DNA of 64,000 nt, taken from a virus. Its lineage: Duplodnaviria > Caudoviricetes. Where the stretch lies: IMG/VR virus record IMGVR_UViG_2706795941_000001, positions 1-64,000 of that record. One strand, written 5' to 3'. The translations under genes and the position numbers were made by a program. The first letter of the stretch is position 1, and the number at the start of each line of letters is the position of its first letter. This document shows positions 7,302-16,488 of this stretch, piece by piece. Below the pieces are notes generated by a model that was given only the letters and a program-made list of their open reading frames with translations, searched no databases and was not told the origin of the DNA.

Positions 7302-8699
7302 ATGCCAAAGATGCATCAGGGTCGTCGATTCGATTTGTACTTCGAAGACCCGATTACTTACTACCGCCAGATGATTGAAGCCGGCGAGAGCAATGTGCTG
7401 TTCGATTTCGGTACCATTCGCAAGAAGAAGATCAATCCCTGGATTTGGATGAAGCGCCACTTCCATGGGCTGCCTTGGAAGTGCTACGTCTCCGGGAACT
7501 GGTGCACAATTCAGATCGACTACACGTGCGAGATCAATGAGGTGCTTGGTGTATACCCGAGCTGGGACTATGCCAAGTTCAATACCAAAGAGCTGCGCGA
7601 CTACGTCGAGCGTCCGTGGTCTCAGTACGTGGTTGAAGGTCAGGGCGACTACGCCTCGAAGCCGAACCCAAACCAACCTCATCGTATCTTTGTTCGCGGC
7701 ATCTCCGCGGGCCGCAGTCGCGAGGACATCGCCAAGCGCAAGAAGATGACGGAGATACAGAGGGCCTGCCCGGAGGTAGAGTTCTTTATCATTCCGCGGG
7801 CGTACATGTTTGGCCTGATGTTCGGCGCCGGGTTCAGTGCGTGTTCGTTTTCGCCGGCTTTCTATTCTACACAGAACGCAGGGCGGGTGGTCTTGCCCAA
7901 CGGTTTCCCGGTTCCGTGGAGTGAGATCCCCGATTACCAGGACGCTTTCGATCATCTTGGATACGATGCTGAGTGGGTTCAGGAGGATCGGCAGAACGCG
8001 ATCCTGTTTATGATCGAATCCGCCCGCTATGCCGCACACCACTGGGACGATCCGACCGGACCCTTTCACAAGGGTCCACGCATTGCGGCAGACTACAGCA
8101 ACCCTGACATGTATGCCGAGGTCCCGTCGTATCAGAACCAGAAGCACTTCACCGCTGAGGCTAACTCGGAGACCGACAAGATTCTATGCAACGCTTGCTC
8201 GCTGTGGCGCAAGTGTCCTTCGTACCGTGATGGAGAGGTGTGCAACGTGACAAGCTCTGACACCAGCAAGCTGGTCAAGCTTGCTCAGTCTCGCAACGCA
8301 GACGACGTGGTCAACATGCTCTCGTCAGTCTTGGGCATGCAGGCCGGGCGACTAGAGAAGCGTATCGAGGCCGAGGAACAGGACACCGACGGCAAGCTCG
8401 ATCCGCAGGTTGACAAGTTGGCGAACTCGGTATTCAAGAACGGCACCACGCTCGCCAAGCTACTCAACCCCGCGCTGGCCCGACCGCTGGTTCAGGTCAA
8501 TGTCGGTGACAGCAACAAGGCCGTGTCCGCGGTGGCGCAAAGCGATCCTCGCGTCATGGCTGCGTACGTGATGAAGGAGATCGAGAAGGACGGCGTGGCG
8601 CGCGAGGACATCACCAAGGAGATGTTCGAGGCCAAGATGGAACAGCTCGTGGCTGCACAGCCGCAGGCCTCGGTGATTGAAGGGGAGATCGAGCAGTGA
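7302..8699 (+). CDS. Terminase small subunit-position protein: eroded TGT/DpdA-like barrel + Cys4 motif + helical TerS-like C-terminus
   Basis: Directly upstream of terL with GTGA overlap. CNAC..WRKC...C motif. Helical C-terminus. The N-terminal motif order resembles a TGT fold (inference). Confidence 0.55.
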   Translation: MPKMHQGRRFDLYFEDPITYYRQMIEAGESNVLFDFGTIRKKKINPWIWMKRHFHGLPWKCYVSGNWCTIQIDYTCEINEVLGVYPSWDYAKFNTKELRDYVERPWSQYVVEGQGDYASKPNPNQPHRIFVRGISAGRSREDIAKRKKMTEIQRACPEVEFFIIPRAYMFGLMFGAGFSACSFSPAFYSTQNAGRVVLPNGFPVPWSEIPDYQDAFDHLGYDAEWVQEDRQNAILFMIESARYAAHHWDDPTGPFHKGPRIAADYSNPDMYAEVPSYQNQKHFTAEANSETDKILCNACSLWRKCPSYRDGEVCNVTSSDTSKLVKLAQSRNADDVVNMLSSVLGMQAGRLEKRIEAEEQDTDGKLDPQVDKLANSVFKNGTTLAKLLNPALARPLVQVNVGDSNKAVSAVAQSDPRVMAAYVMKEIEKDGVAREDITKEMFEAKMEQLVAAQPQASVIEGEIEQ

Positions 8700-10672
8700 C
8701 CAGTGGCGCCTTTGAGGAGATGGAGTGGCTCTCCGAGAACCCCGCGTTCTGGATGCGCCCTGCGAATATCCGGGAGTTCGTCGGACCCGGATACCTCAAC
8801 GAGCGCAACGTGCGTCCCGGCATCATGCAGGCGCTCGTCGAGACGTTCGGCGAGAAGGTCAACCCGTACTCACTGAGCCCTAAGCGCAAGGCGGTGATCA
8901 CCGGCGCGATCGGCATTGGTAAGTCCACCTACGCCGCCATCGCGCTGTGCTACATGGTGCATTGGGTCAAGTGCCTGAAGAATCCCAAGGAGTTCTACAA
9001 CCTATCGGAGGACTCCATCATCGGCTTCATGATGATGAGTACCACCGAGAAGCTCGCACGTGAAGTCATCTTCCAAAAGGTCAAGCGACGTATCGAGAAG
9101 TCGCAGTGGTTCCAGGACCACACCGAGATCGAGAACCAGAAGCTCGAACGCCAGATGAGATTCGTCGGAGACATCTGGATCGTGCCTGGCTCCTCGGAGG
9201 AAACAAGCTTTGAGGGCTATGACATTCTCGGCGGGATCGTAGATGAGGGCGACTCGCACAAGGTAACCGAGCGCAAGAACTACGCAATGGCAGGTTTCAC
9301 CACGATCGAGTCTCGTATCAAGTCTCGATTCACTGACTTTAAAGCTAAGAACCACCGCGGCCTGATCATCTGCATCGGACAGTCCAAGTCCAAGTCCGGC
9401 TTCATGATGACCAAGTACCGGGAGTTCGAGAAGGACCCCGACGGCGTGGCACTGCGCCTTTCGCTGTGGGAGTCCTACGGCTGGTACAACTACACCAAAG
9501 ATCCCAACGACGTGGACCGCGGGATCGAAACAGCTGAGCGTGACAGCTTCTACTACGATATGCGCAAGCGGTTACTCCTCGAGAAGGAGACCGCGCTGCT
9601 CGTCATGAACAACAACCTCATCGAGGTGCCGAACACTTACCGCAGCGACTTCGAAGCCGATCCGGTGAAGGCCCTCCGCGACCTGGGCGGAATCCCGCCT
9701 GAGATAGAAGATCCGTTCATCTCGCAGGTGGACAAGATCTTGAAGGCACAGGAGAAGTGGCATGAGCGAGTCGGCGTACAAGAATCCCCGGCGGGTCACG
9801 GCAATAGCCTTGATAAGATTGAGCTGCCTGATTGGTTTCGGCCTATTGGCATTTCTTCTGATTTTCGCCGTGTCATTCATATTGACACAGCGTATTCTCC
9901 TTCTCCTGATGGTGACGCCCTCGGTCTTGCGATGGGCCACGTCCCGGAAAAGGTTATCCAGCACGGCGAAGAGCGACCCGTCATAGTCTTTGATCTACTT
10001 CTTCGACTGCAGGCTACCGCCTCGCAGGAGATCAACTTTGGCGAGGTTCGCGAGTTCATCTACATGCTTCGAGATGACTACGGCTTCGACATTGACATGG
10101 TGACCATCGACGGCTTCAACTCGATGGACTTCATTCAGCAGTTGCGTCGCAACAAGATCAAGTCTGACTATCTATCCGTAGACAAGAACAAGGCGCCGTA
10201 CGAAGACTTGCGCGACATCATCCACGAGGGTCGTGCGGAGTTCCCCTTCTACATGGTGCCGAACAAGCGCAGTGATACAGCGCTGACGAACATCGCATAC
10301 AAGGAGTTGTCCGAGGTTCGCGATGTGGGTCGAAAGATTGATCACCCAGTCGACGGGTCCAAGGATGTATCGGACTCGATGGCCGGCGTCTCGCACGTGT
10401 TGATCAGCAACAGCAAGTACATTCGCGAGGCTCGAACTGTTGAACCAGATGACAATGATCGACCGCGTGAGCGCGTGGTGGAGAACGTCGACGAGTTGTT
10501 CAGCGACTTCGATGTAGACAATGCGACTCTTGAGCAGGGCGCCACGTTCAAGCCGGTGTCGTTTGAAGACTTCAAGCGCAACGAGAATGGACTTCCATCT
10601 ATGGAGGATCTAGCTCGCATGATGAACGGCAACGGAACTCCAGGCTTTCCTGTGGGAGAGAAGCTACTCTAA
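8696..10672 (+). CDS. terL: Terminase large subunit
   Basis: Walker A GAIGIGKST, Walker B IVDEGD, nuclease motifs IHIDTA, TIDGFN and SKDVSD. Confidence 0.92.
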   Translation: MTSGAFEEMEWLSENPAFWMRPANIREFVGPGYLNERNVRPGIMQALVETFGEKVNPYSLSPKRKAVITGAIGIGKSTYAAIALCYMVHWVKCLKNPKEFYNLSEDSIIGFMMMSTTEKLAREVIFQKVKRRIEKSQWFQDHTEIENQKLERQMRFVGDIWIVPGSSEETSFEGYDILGGIVDEGDSHKVTERKNYAMAGFTTIESRIKSRFTDFKAKNHRGLIICIGQSKSKSGFMMTKYREFEKDPDGVALRLSLWESYGWYNYTKDPNDVDRGIETAERDSFYYDMRKRLLLEKETALLVMNNNLIEVPNTYRSDFEADPVKALRDLGGIPPEIEDPFISQVDKILKAQEKWHERVGVQESPAGHGNSLDKIELPDWFRPIGISSDFRRVIHIDTAYSPSPDGDALGLAMGHVPEKVIQHGEERPVIVFDLLLRLQATASQEINFGEVREFIYMLRDDYGFDIDMVTIDGFNSMDFIQQLRRNKIKSDYLSVDKNKAPYEDLRDIIHEGRAEFPFYMVPNKRSDTALTNIAYKELSEVRDVGRKIDHPVDGSKDVSDSMAGVSHVLISNSKYIREARTVEPDDNDRPRERVVENVDELFSDFDVDNATLEQGATFKPVSFEDFKRNENGLPSMEDLARMMNGNGTPGFPVGEKLL

Positions 10673-10702
10673 TGAGTGGTGTGCTCGACAGGGTACTCCT
10701 GA

Positions 10703-10711
10703 TGGTATAAT
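10703..10711 (+). promoter_or_regulatory. Extended -10 promoter upstream of portal
   Basis: TGG-TATAAT, perfect consensus, in the intergenic gap. Confidence 0.65.
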
Positions 10712-10779
10712 GTGCTGCCCTAAATCAAGGCGTCGTTTCGCAACAGTGCGATCCCTCGTCAAAGGTTTAGGAGAGCCCG

Positions 10780-12525
10780 TTGAGCATGCCGCAGCTGTTT
10801 GGCCCCAATGGCCAGTCGATGCAGCAATACCTGGAGTCCAAGGAGTTCGCGGGTCGCCCGCGCAACCCGAAGCCTATCGTCGGAGATGCGTTCTCTGATT
10901 GGGCGGGAATGTCGAAAGACTTCCTGCACCTACCCGGCGGTGGTGCGATTCAGTTCGACACCTCGCGTCTTACCATGGCGGACTTCCGTCGCATGTCTGA
11001 GCATTACCAGATCGCGTCGAGTATCTATGTGCTGACGTTCATGTTGCACCAGCTCGATTGGAAGCTCGAGGGCGACGACAAGAAGGTCAACGACTGGTGC
11101 TCCTACAACCTCGAGTTGGTGTGGACGCGACTGGTGCGCTCGTTCAGTTCTGCGTTCACGTTCGGCTTCAGTGCTAACGCGGTGGAGTGGGAGAACGATT
11201 CCAACGAGGGTAAGCTCCGCATGAACAAGATCAAGGATCTTGTTCCCGACGAGTGCGAAGTGAATTGGAAGTATGTCAAGTCTTCACTCAAGAGTGAGTC
11301 GGGGCTTACCCCTGCGCCCGACGTTCCGATCTTCGATGGCATCAAGAAGCGTGGTTCGATCTACAAGGTGCCGGTTGAGAACTCCCTGTGGTACCCGCTG
11401 CTCATGCGCCACGGCAACTACTACGGCACGCGACTTCTTCGCACCGCGTTCCAGCCGTGGTTCTTCTCGAGCCTCATCCATCTGTACCAGAACAAGTACT
11501 TCGAGCGCTTCGGCGAGCCGGTGCCGATCGGTCGCGCGCCCTACACTGACAAGGTGAAGGTGGGCAACAAGACCGTGCATGGCTACGAGCTCATGTCGAA
11601 CATTCTCGGAAACATCAGGGCTCGGTCCGCGGTGGTGCTGCCGAACTCGCGTAGCAAAGAGGGCATGAATGATCAGCCCGAGTTCGACTACCAGGTCGAA
11701 TACCTGGAGTCGCAGATGCGCGGCGCGGACTTCGAGCGCTACCTCACCCGCCTGGACGAGGAGATGAGCCTTGCACTCTTTACACCCCTACTGCTGCTGC
11801 GGACTGCCGATGCAGGTGGATTCAACCAGGGGATCGCTCACACTCAGGTGTACCAATGGATGCTCAACGCAGTATCGGGCGACTGGGCCGAGTATATCGA
11901 CAAGTACGTTCTGCGGCCAATGGCTATCTATAACTTCGGGCCTAAGGCAAAACTTCCCCGAATCAAGTTCCGTAAGCTCGGTACCGCCCAGCAGGAGACG
12001 CTGCGCGCAATCGTCCAGTCCCTGATCTCCAAGGACAAGGTGATGCCCGACATCACGGAGCTCGGGCAGCACATCGGACTCTCGCTTGAAGAGGTTGAGC
12101 AGGTCATGGAGAAGAATCCCGACGACGCTGGCATTCATCCTGAACAAGATGACGACCCGGATGCCGAAGGGGATCGTCGCAGTGGTCGGCCGGAACGGCT
12201 CAAGGATGAAGACCTCAAGCCCGGTGCCACCACAAAGCAGATCACGCAGCGGATACACGAGCAGATCAATCGTGTGTACAAACTTGATCTATTCAACGAG
12301 TGGACTCCTGCTCCAGGATTCAACAAGCAACTAGCCGCCGAACTACAAGCAAACGGCCACCCGGACGCACGGCGGGCGGCAACGGCGTTCACCGGCGCGG
12401 CCATCACCGCGATGACCGACGCAGCAAGGCTGGGCACGAAAGCCTTTCCCACGGCGGATGCAATGAAGGATTACGCCACCAAGATTCTCGAGTCCGAAAC
12501 GGAGAAGCTCTATGCCTCTGCCTGA
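10780..12525 (+). CDS. Portal protein (Mu gp29/DUF935-like)
   Basis: Position after terL, 581 aa, FGEPVPIGR and LALFTP-type segments. Confidence 0.85.
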   Translation: MSMPQLFGPNGQSMQQYLESKEFAGRPRNPKPIVGDAFSDWAGMSKDFLHLPGGGAIQFDTSRLTMADFRRMSEHYQIASSIYVLTFMLHQLDWKLEGDDKKVNDWCSYNLELVWTRLVRSFSSAFTFGFSANAVEWENDSNEGKLRMNKIKDLVPDECEVNWKYVKSSLKSESGLTPAPDVPIFDGIKKRGSIYKVPVENSLWYPLLMRHGNYYGTRLLRTAFQPWFFSSLIHLYQNKYFERFGEPVPIGRAPYTDKVKVGNKTVHGYELMSNILGNIRARSAVVLPNSRSKEGMNDQPEFDYQVEYLESQMRGADFERYLTRLDEEMSLALFTPLLLLRTADAGGFNQGIAHTQVYQWMLNAVSGDWAEYIDKYVLRPMAIYNFGPKAKLPRIKFRKLGTAQQETLRAIVQSLISKDKVMPDITELGQHIGLSLEEVEQVMEKNPDDAGIHPEQDDDPDAEGDRRSGRPERLKDEDLKPGATTKQITQRIHEQINRVYKLDLFNEWTPAPGFNKQLAAELQANGHPDARRAATAFTGAAITAMTDAARLGTKAFPTADAMKDYATKILESETEKLYASA

Positions 12526-14905
12526 GATCACACTCGACCCCACCGAGTACGGCACCGTCACCTGGACGGGCCTCATCTCCAGGATCGACTCAGTGGTGGA
12601 CCCCGACGACCTGCCCGACAAGTCCCCCGTCACGGGCAGTATCATCTTCAAGCCCAGCGCTGGCGCACTCAAGTTCCTCGGCGCGAGCCCCGTGTTCACG
12701 ATGTTCTTGATTGACAGAACAGTGAACATCGTCGATGCTCAGGTTGATGAGCAGGGTCGCAAGTACATCAAGCTCGAATCGAACTCTGCACACTCCACAC
12801 CCGAAGCGTTCACGTGGACTGCGGTGTTCAACCTGGAGTACGAGGGCAAGATCATCCGGGTGCCGGATGCCAAGTTCTCCTTGCAGCCGGGTCAGGTGCT
12901 CGACCTGTCGACTGTCATCTCGTCCGCCGAGGTTACCTACTACACACCGATGCAGCTCTCGGCTGCGGTGGCGGCGCGTGAGGGCGCAGAGGCTGCGCGC
13001 GATGAGACGGTCACCATCAAGGATGAAGTCGTCGAGGTTGCCGACACTGTCGACGCAAAGATCGGGGCTATTCCGATCACCGCCTTGCCGGAAGCAGTAT
13101 CGGACGCCCGGTACTCGCCGCGCATTCCGACGTATCAGGCGCAGCTATTGGGTCAGGCGATGAAGAAGCTTCGCTTGGGGCAGGCCGTCAAGATCGTTTG
13201 TCGTGGTGACTCGACTACTTACGGTCACGACACCGTCTCGTCTGATAGGGTGCCAGCACCCGACGTGACCTTGCCGGACGGCACGAAGCCGACGTTCACT
13301 CGTTCGCCAGTTCCGTTTCCGCAGGCGATGCAAAACTTTCTGAATCAGACCTATGGCGAGATTGTCACGGTCGAGAATCAGGGACACTCCGGTGACTGGG
13401 TTCAGCGCGGCATGACTCGCTGGCTCAATAACGTCAACGCTGACATCACGGTGATCAGCTACGGCATCAATGATGCACTCTCGACCGGTGTGCCCGTCGA
13501 GATTCGTGGCAACATCGCTTCGTACATCGAAGCCACAGAGCGGATGATTCTTCGCGACCTTGCGTGGGGATCGGCCGTGGTTCTCATGGCTCCGATCCGC
13601 CAGCGTGGACCTGTAGGCAGCCCCGACGTGGACGCTTACCGCAACGCGCTGCGAGGGTTGGCGGACTCGTACGGCATCCCACTGATCGAGACCGAAGAGT
13701 TCTTAATCACCGCGCCGTGGGATTGCTGGTCCGATGGAAATCATCTCAACACCAAGGGCAACGGGATCATGGGCGCTCGGCTCGCCGCGCTGTTCATTGG
13801 CGAGGGTCCACTCAAGAAGAACATCGTCGAGCCCGGCTCCAAGCTACTCGGACGCCCGACGCTGGATAATGTTGTTCTTCGAGGCGCAATACAGACGACC
13901 TCTACAGGCTTTAAGACTCCTCGCGATGAGTCCGCGATGCAGGCCGGACTCGCTGTGGGCTTCCAGGGCGGAGGCACCACTGCCCTGGATGGTGTTGCAA
14001 CTTGGTCGTTCTATACCGAGTCTCCAGATGTTGTGCTGATTCCGTGGTCTTACATCAACGCAGACTATGCCGGCGAGACCGGTGCGCAGATCTCTTACGA
14101 GCTCGACTTCGCCGTTGAGCAGGGGCAGAATTACAATGGTGAGGTTGTGAGCCCCGGCGTTAGTGGTAACGGAACACTGTCTCCGAGCTGGAAGATACAT
14201 GGTCCATTTGCCACAGGCCAGGTCTCTAGCTACATGAGTGACCCGGTGACGAATCCGTTGGCAATCAGGGTGTCGACTCCAGGGTGGCATACGATTCGAG
14301 CAATATTCCACCGAACGGTTACTCAAGCGGTCGCTGTCACGCACATGATCGAGGCGATGGATTGGCGCACCTATCAGGAGATTCGCAAGCCTATTGATTT
14401 CACGCCTGTTACGAACTCACTCCAGGCGGTCAATGTTCCGGTTCCTTCGTATTACAATGAAAGTGCAGACATAACGGTCACGAAGATTGGTTGGCCAGCT
14501 CTTCTTCAGGCCCTTTCAGTTAAGTCATGGGGGGTGAGCTACTATTCCGCTCCCATCGTAAAGCTTACACTTAGGACGTACGGAGTTGGCGTTATCGAGT
14601 ATGCATTTTTGTGTACTCAGCGACCTGATCAGGCCGGAGCCGATATAGCCCAGAGGTCTGTTGACAGCTATGCGGCATCTGAAGGTTCATCTGCTATACC
14701 ATTTCTCAAAAAGCTTGGGCCGGGGTTCTCAACAATTGCCGGCGGGGCTGCTCCCGAGGTTAGCACAAGTGCTCGAGAGATTGCTTACCTTTCGTACGAG
14801 GCTGCAACCCAATCGCTGGTGTTCACCTGGCGCACGCAGAACTCTGGAGATTCAACGGCAAAGTATCTCAGGAAGAACTTCTTGATGACATTCTCGCTGC
14901 TCTGA
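12512..14905 (+). CDS. Virion-associated SGNH/GDSL esterase protein with tail-fibre-type N-terminal domain
   Basis: GDS (13205), NQGHSG, GINDA and DGNH blocks. N-terminal DPDDLPD..PVTG.IIF segment and coiled linker. Confidence 0.75.
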   Translation: MPLPEITLDPTEYGTVTWTGLISRIDSVVDPDDLPDKSPVTGSIIFKPSAGALKFLGASPVFTMFLIDRTVNIVDAQVDEQGRKYIKLESNSAHSTPEAFTWTAVFNLEYEGKIIRVPDAKFSLQPGQVLDLSTVISSAEVTYYTPMQLSAAVAAREGAEAARDETVTIKDEVVEVADTVDAKIGAIPITALPEAVSDARYSPRIPTYQAQLLGQAMKKLRLGQAVKIVCRGDSTTYGHDTVSSDRVPAPDVTLPDGTKPTFTRSPVPFPQAMQNFLNQTYGEIVTVENQGHSGDWVQRGMTRWLNNVNADITVISYGINDALSTGVPVEIRGNIASYIEATERMILRDLAWGSAVVLMAPIRQRGPVGSPDVDAYRNALRGLADSYGIPLIETEEFLITAPWDCWSDGNHLNTKGNGIMGARLAALFIGEGPLKKNIVEPGSKLLGRPTLDNVVLRGAIQTTSTGFKTPRDESAMQAGLAVGFQGGGTTALDGVATWSFYTESPDVVLIPWSYINADYAGETGAQISYELDFAVEQGQNYNGEVVSPGVSGNGTLSPSWKIHGPFATGQVSSYMSDPVTNPLAIRVSTPGWHTIRAIFHRTVTQAVAVTHMIEAMDWRTYQEIRKPIDFTPVTNSLQAVNVPVPSYYNESADITVTKIGWPALLQALSVKSWGVSYYSAPIVKLTLRTYGVGVIEYAFLCTQRPDQAGADIAQRSVDSYAASEGSSAIPFLKKLGPGFSTIAGGAAPEVSTSAREIAYLSYEAATQSLVFTWRTQNSGDSTAKYLRKNFLMTFSLL

Positions 14906-14927
14906 ATAAACAACAAGAGAGGGTGAC

Positions 14928-15236
14928 ATGAGCACCACGGCAACACAGCACGAACTGAGATGTGACTGTTCAAGTCACAGGTTACTTGCGCACTACGGGA
15001 TCGACGAAAACGGCAAGCTGTATGTTCTCGTCGCTTCGTTCCGCAACCGCAAGCCAACCACCAAGATCTTCAGCAATCACTCTATGAAGATATTCTGCCC
15101 TTCGTGCGAGCGCTGGTTCTCTGTGGTGATCAACAACCAGGAGATTTCCAAGCAGGAGATGCGACTACCTCCGGCACTGCCGGGGGAACGAGTAACAAAA
15201 AGAGTAGTGCTGGACAATGGCAAACCGAGGCTGTAG
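14928..15236 (+). CDS. Com-like zinc-ribbon protein
   Basis: ELRCDC...RLLA and CPSC motifs. GAGGG RBS. Confidence 0.55.
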   Translation: MSTTATQHELRCDCSSHRLLAHYGIDENGKLYVLVASFRNRKPTTKIFSNHSMKIFCPSCERWFSVVINNQEISKQEMRLPPALPGERVTKRVVLDNGKPRL

Positions 15237-15239
15237 GGT
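15211..15239 (+). promoter_or_regulatory. SigA-type promoter for head genes
   Basis: TGGACA-17-TAGGGT. Confidence 0.55.
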
Positions 15240-15249
15240 ACGGTGAATT

Positions 15250-16446
15250 ATGGGCCAAGATACGATGACCACCGAGCAGGTGCGCAACTGCGTCTTCGTT
15301 CGGAACTTGGGGCCAGGGTCATCCCTCTTCGAGAAGAAGAATGCAGCTGGCGAGACCTCGCTGATCATCGAGGGCAAGCCGATCTTCCGTAGCGGTAACT
15401 TCGAGGACAGCAACGGGTTCGCGCACGAGTGGGAAACGCTGCACATGCAGCAGATGTGTGACCACTACACGCTCCTGAAGGACCGCGAGATCTTCGCGGA
15501 CATTCCCGTTCGCAAGGGCCACGTCGACTGGGGTGGCATCTTCAGTGATCCCGTCCGCAACGCGATGGACGAGCTCATCGGGTACATGACGAACTTCCGC
15601 ACGGAGGATCGCAAGAACCCGACGGATGGTCAGACGTATACCTACCTCCTCGCAGACCTCGAGATCCTCGAGGAGACCGCGATCAAGAACATCAAGAGCG
15701 GTCTGTGGAGGAACGTCTCCGCTGAGATCAGTGGATACCGCACCAACGCTGGGGCAGAGTACTGGCCCGTGATGATGGGCGTGGCCTACGTGGACATGCC
15801 CGCAGTCGAGGGACTCAAGTCCCAGCATTCCAAGGCAAAGAACAATTTCAGTCTGATCCTGGAGGAAGACGAGATGAACACGCAGAACGGCAGCACCGAT
15901 CAGCAGCAGGCCGCACCCCCCGCGGCACCGGCTGTCCCGCAGAACTTCCAGCAGCCCGCCGCACCGGCGACGCCGTTCCAGTTCAAGATCGCCGGCAAGG
16001 ACACCAGCGACTACGCCGCGGTCCAGGCCCACATCGCCACCCTCGAGTCGCGCAACGAGACGCTCGAGACCGCGCAGCGTGAACAGTTCCAGGCCAGCAA
16101 GGCCGCGTTCGTGAAGTCGCTGGTGGACACCAACAAGCTCGCCGCACCCTCGCTGGACGACACCCTCGACTACGCGAAGGATCTCGACGAGACCCAGTTC
16201 GCCGCCTGGAAGAAGATGATGGACGGTCTGCCCGTCATCGGCATCACCGGCGCACAGGGTGCGGGTTTCAGCCAGAGTCACGAGCAGGTCCAGCAGGGAG
16301 ACCAGACCCAGGACAAGATCGACTCCCTCAAGGGCATCATCTCGATGCATCAGTCGGGTGGCATGTCGCGCGATGCGATCATCGAGACCGCCACCTACAA
16401 GGAGCTGATCCAGCTCGACAAGACCTACACGCTGCCCACGTTCTAG
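15250..16446 (+). CDS. Capsid maturation protease/scaffold (Mu I/Z-like)
   Basis: VSAEIS...GVAYVDMPAVEGL protease motif. Gln/Ala/Pro linker, then helical scaffold. Confidence 0.8.
   Translation: MGQDTMTTEQVRNCVFVRNLGPGSSLFEKKNAAGETSLIIEGKPIFRSGNFEDSNGFAHEWETLHMQQMCDHYTLLKDREIFADIPVRKGHVDWGGIFSDPVRNAMDELIGYMTNFRTEDRKNPTDGQTYTYLLADLEILEETAIKNIKSGLWRNVSAEISGYRTNAGAEYWPVMMGVAYVDMPAVEGLKSQHSKAKNNFSLILEEDEMNTQNGSTDQQQAAPPAAPAVPQNFQQPAAPATPFQFKIAGKDTSDYAAVQAHIATLESRNETLETAQREQFQASKAAFVKSLVDTNKLAAPSLDDTLDYAKDLDETQFAAWKKMMDGLPVIGITGAQGAGFSQSHEQVQQGDQTQDKIDSLKGIISMHQSGGMSRDAIIETATYKELIQLDKTYTLPTF
15874..16446 (+). CDS. Nested scaffolding protein (in-frame internal start)
   Basis: GGAGG at 15861-15865, 8 nt before in-frame ATG 15874. 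Confidence 0.55.
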   Translation: MNTQNGSTDQQQAAPPAAPAVPQNFQQPAAPATPFQFKIAGKDTSDYAAVQAHIATLESRNETLETAQREQFQASKAAFVKSLVDTNKLAAPSLDDTLDYAKDLDETQFAAWKKMMDGLPVIGITGAQGAGFSQSHEQVQQGDQTQDKIDSLKGIISMHQSGGMSRDAIIETATYKELIQLDKTYTLPTF

Positions 16447-16488
16447 TCCTCCCCGTCACCCGACGAATCAACAGAAGGAAGAATCACA

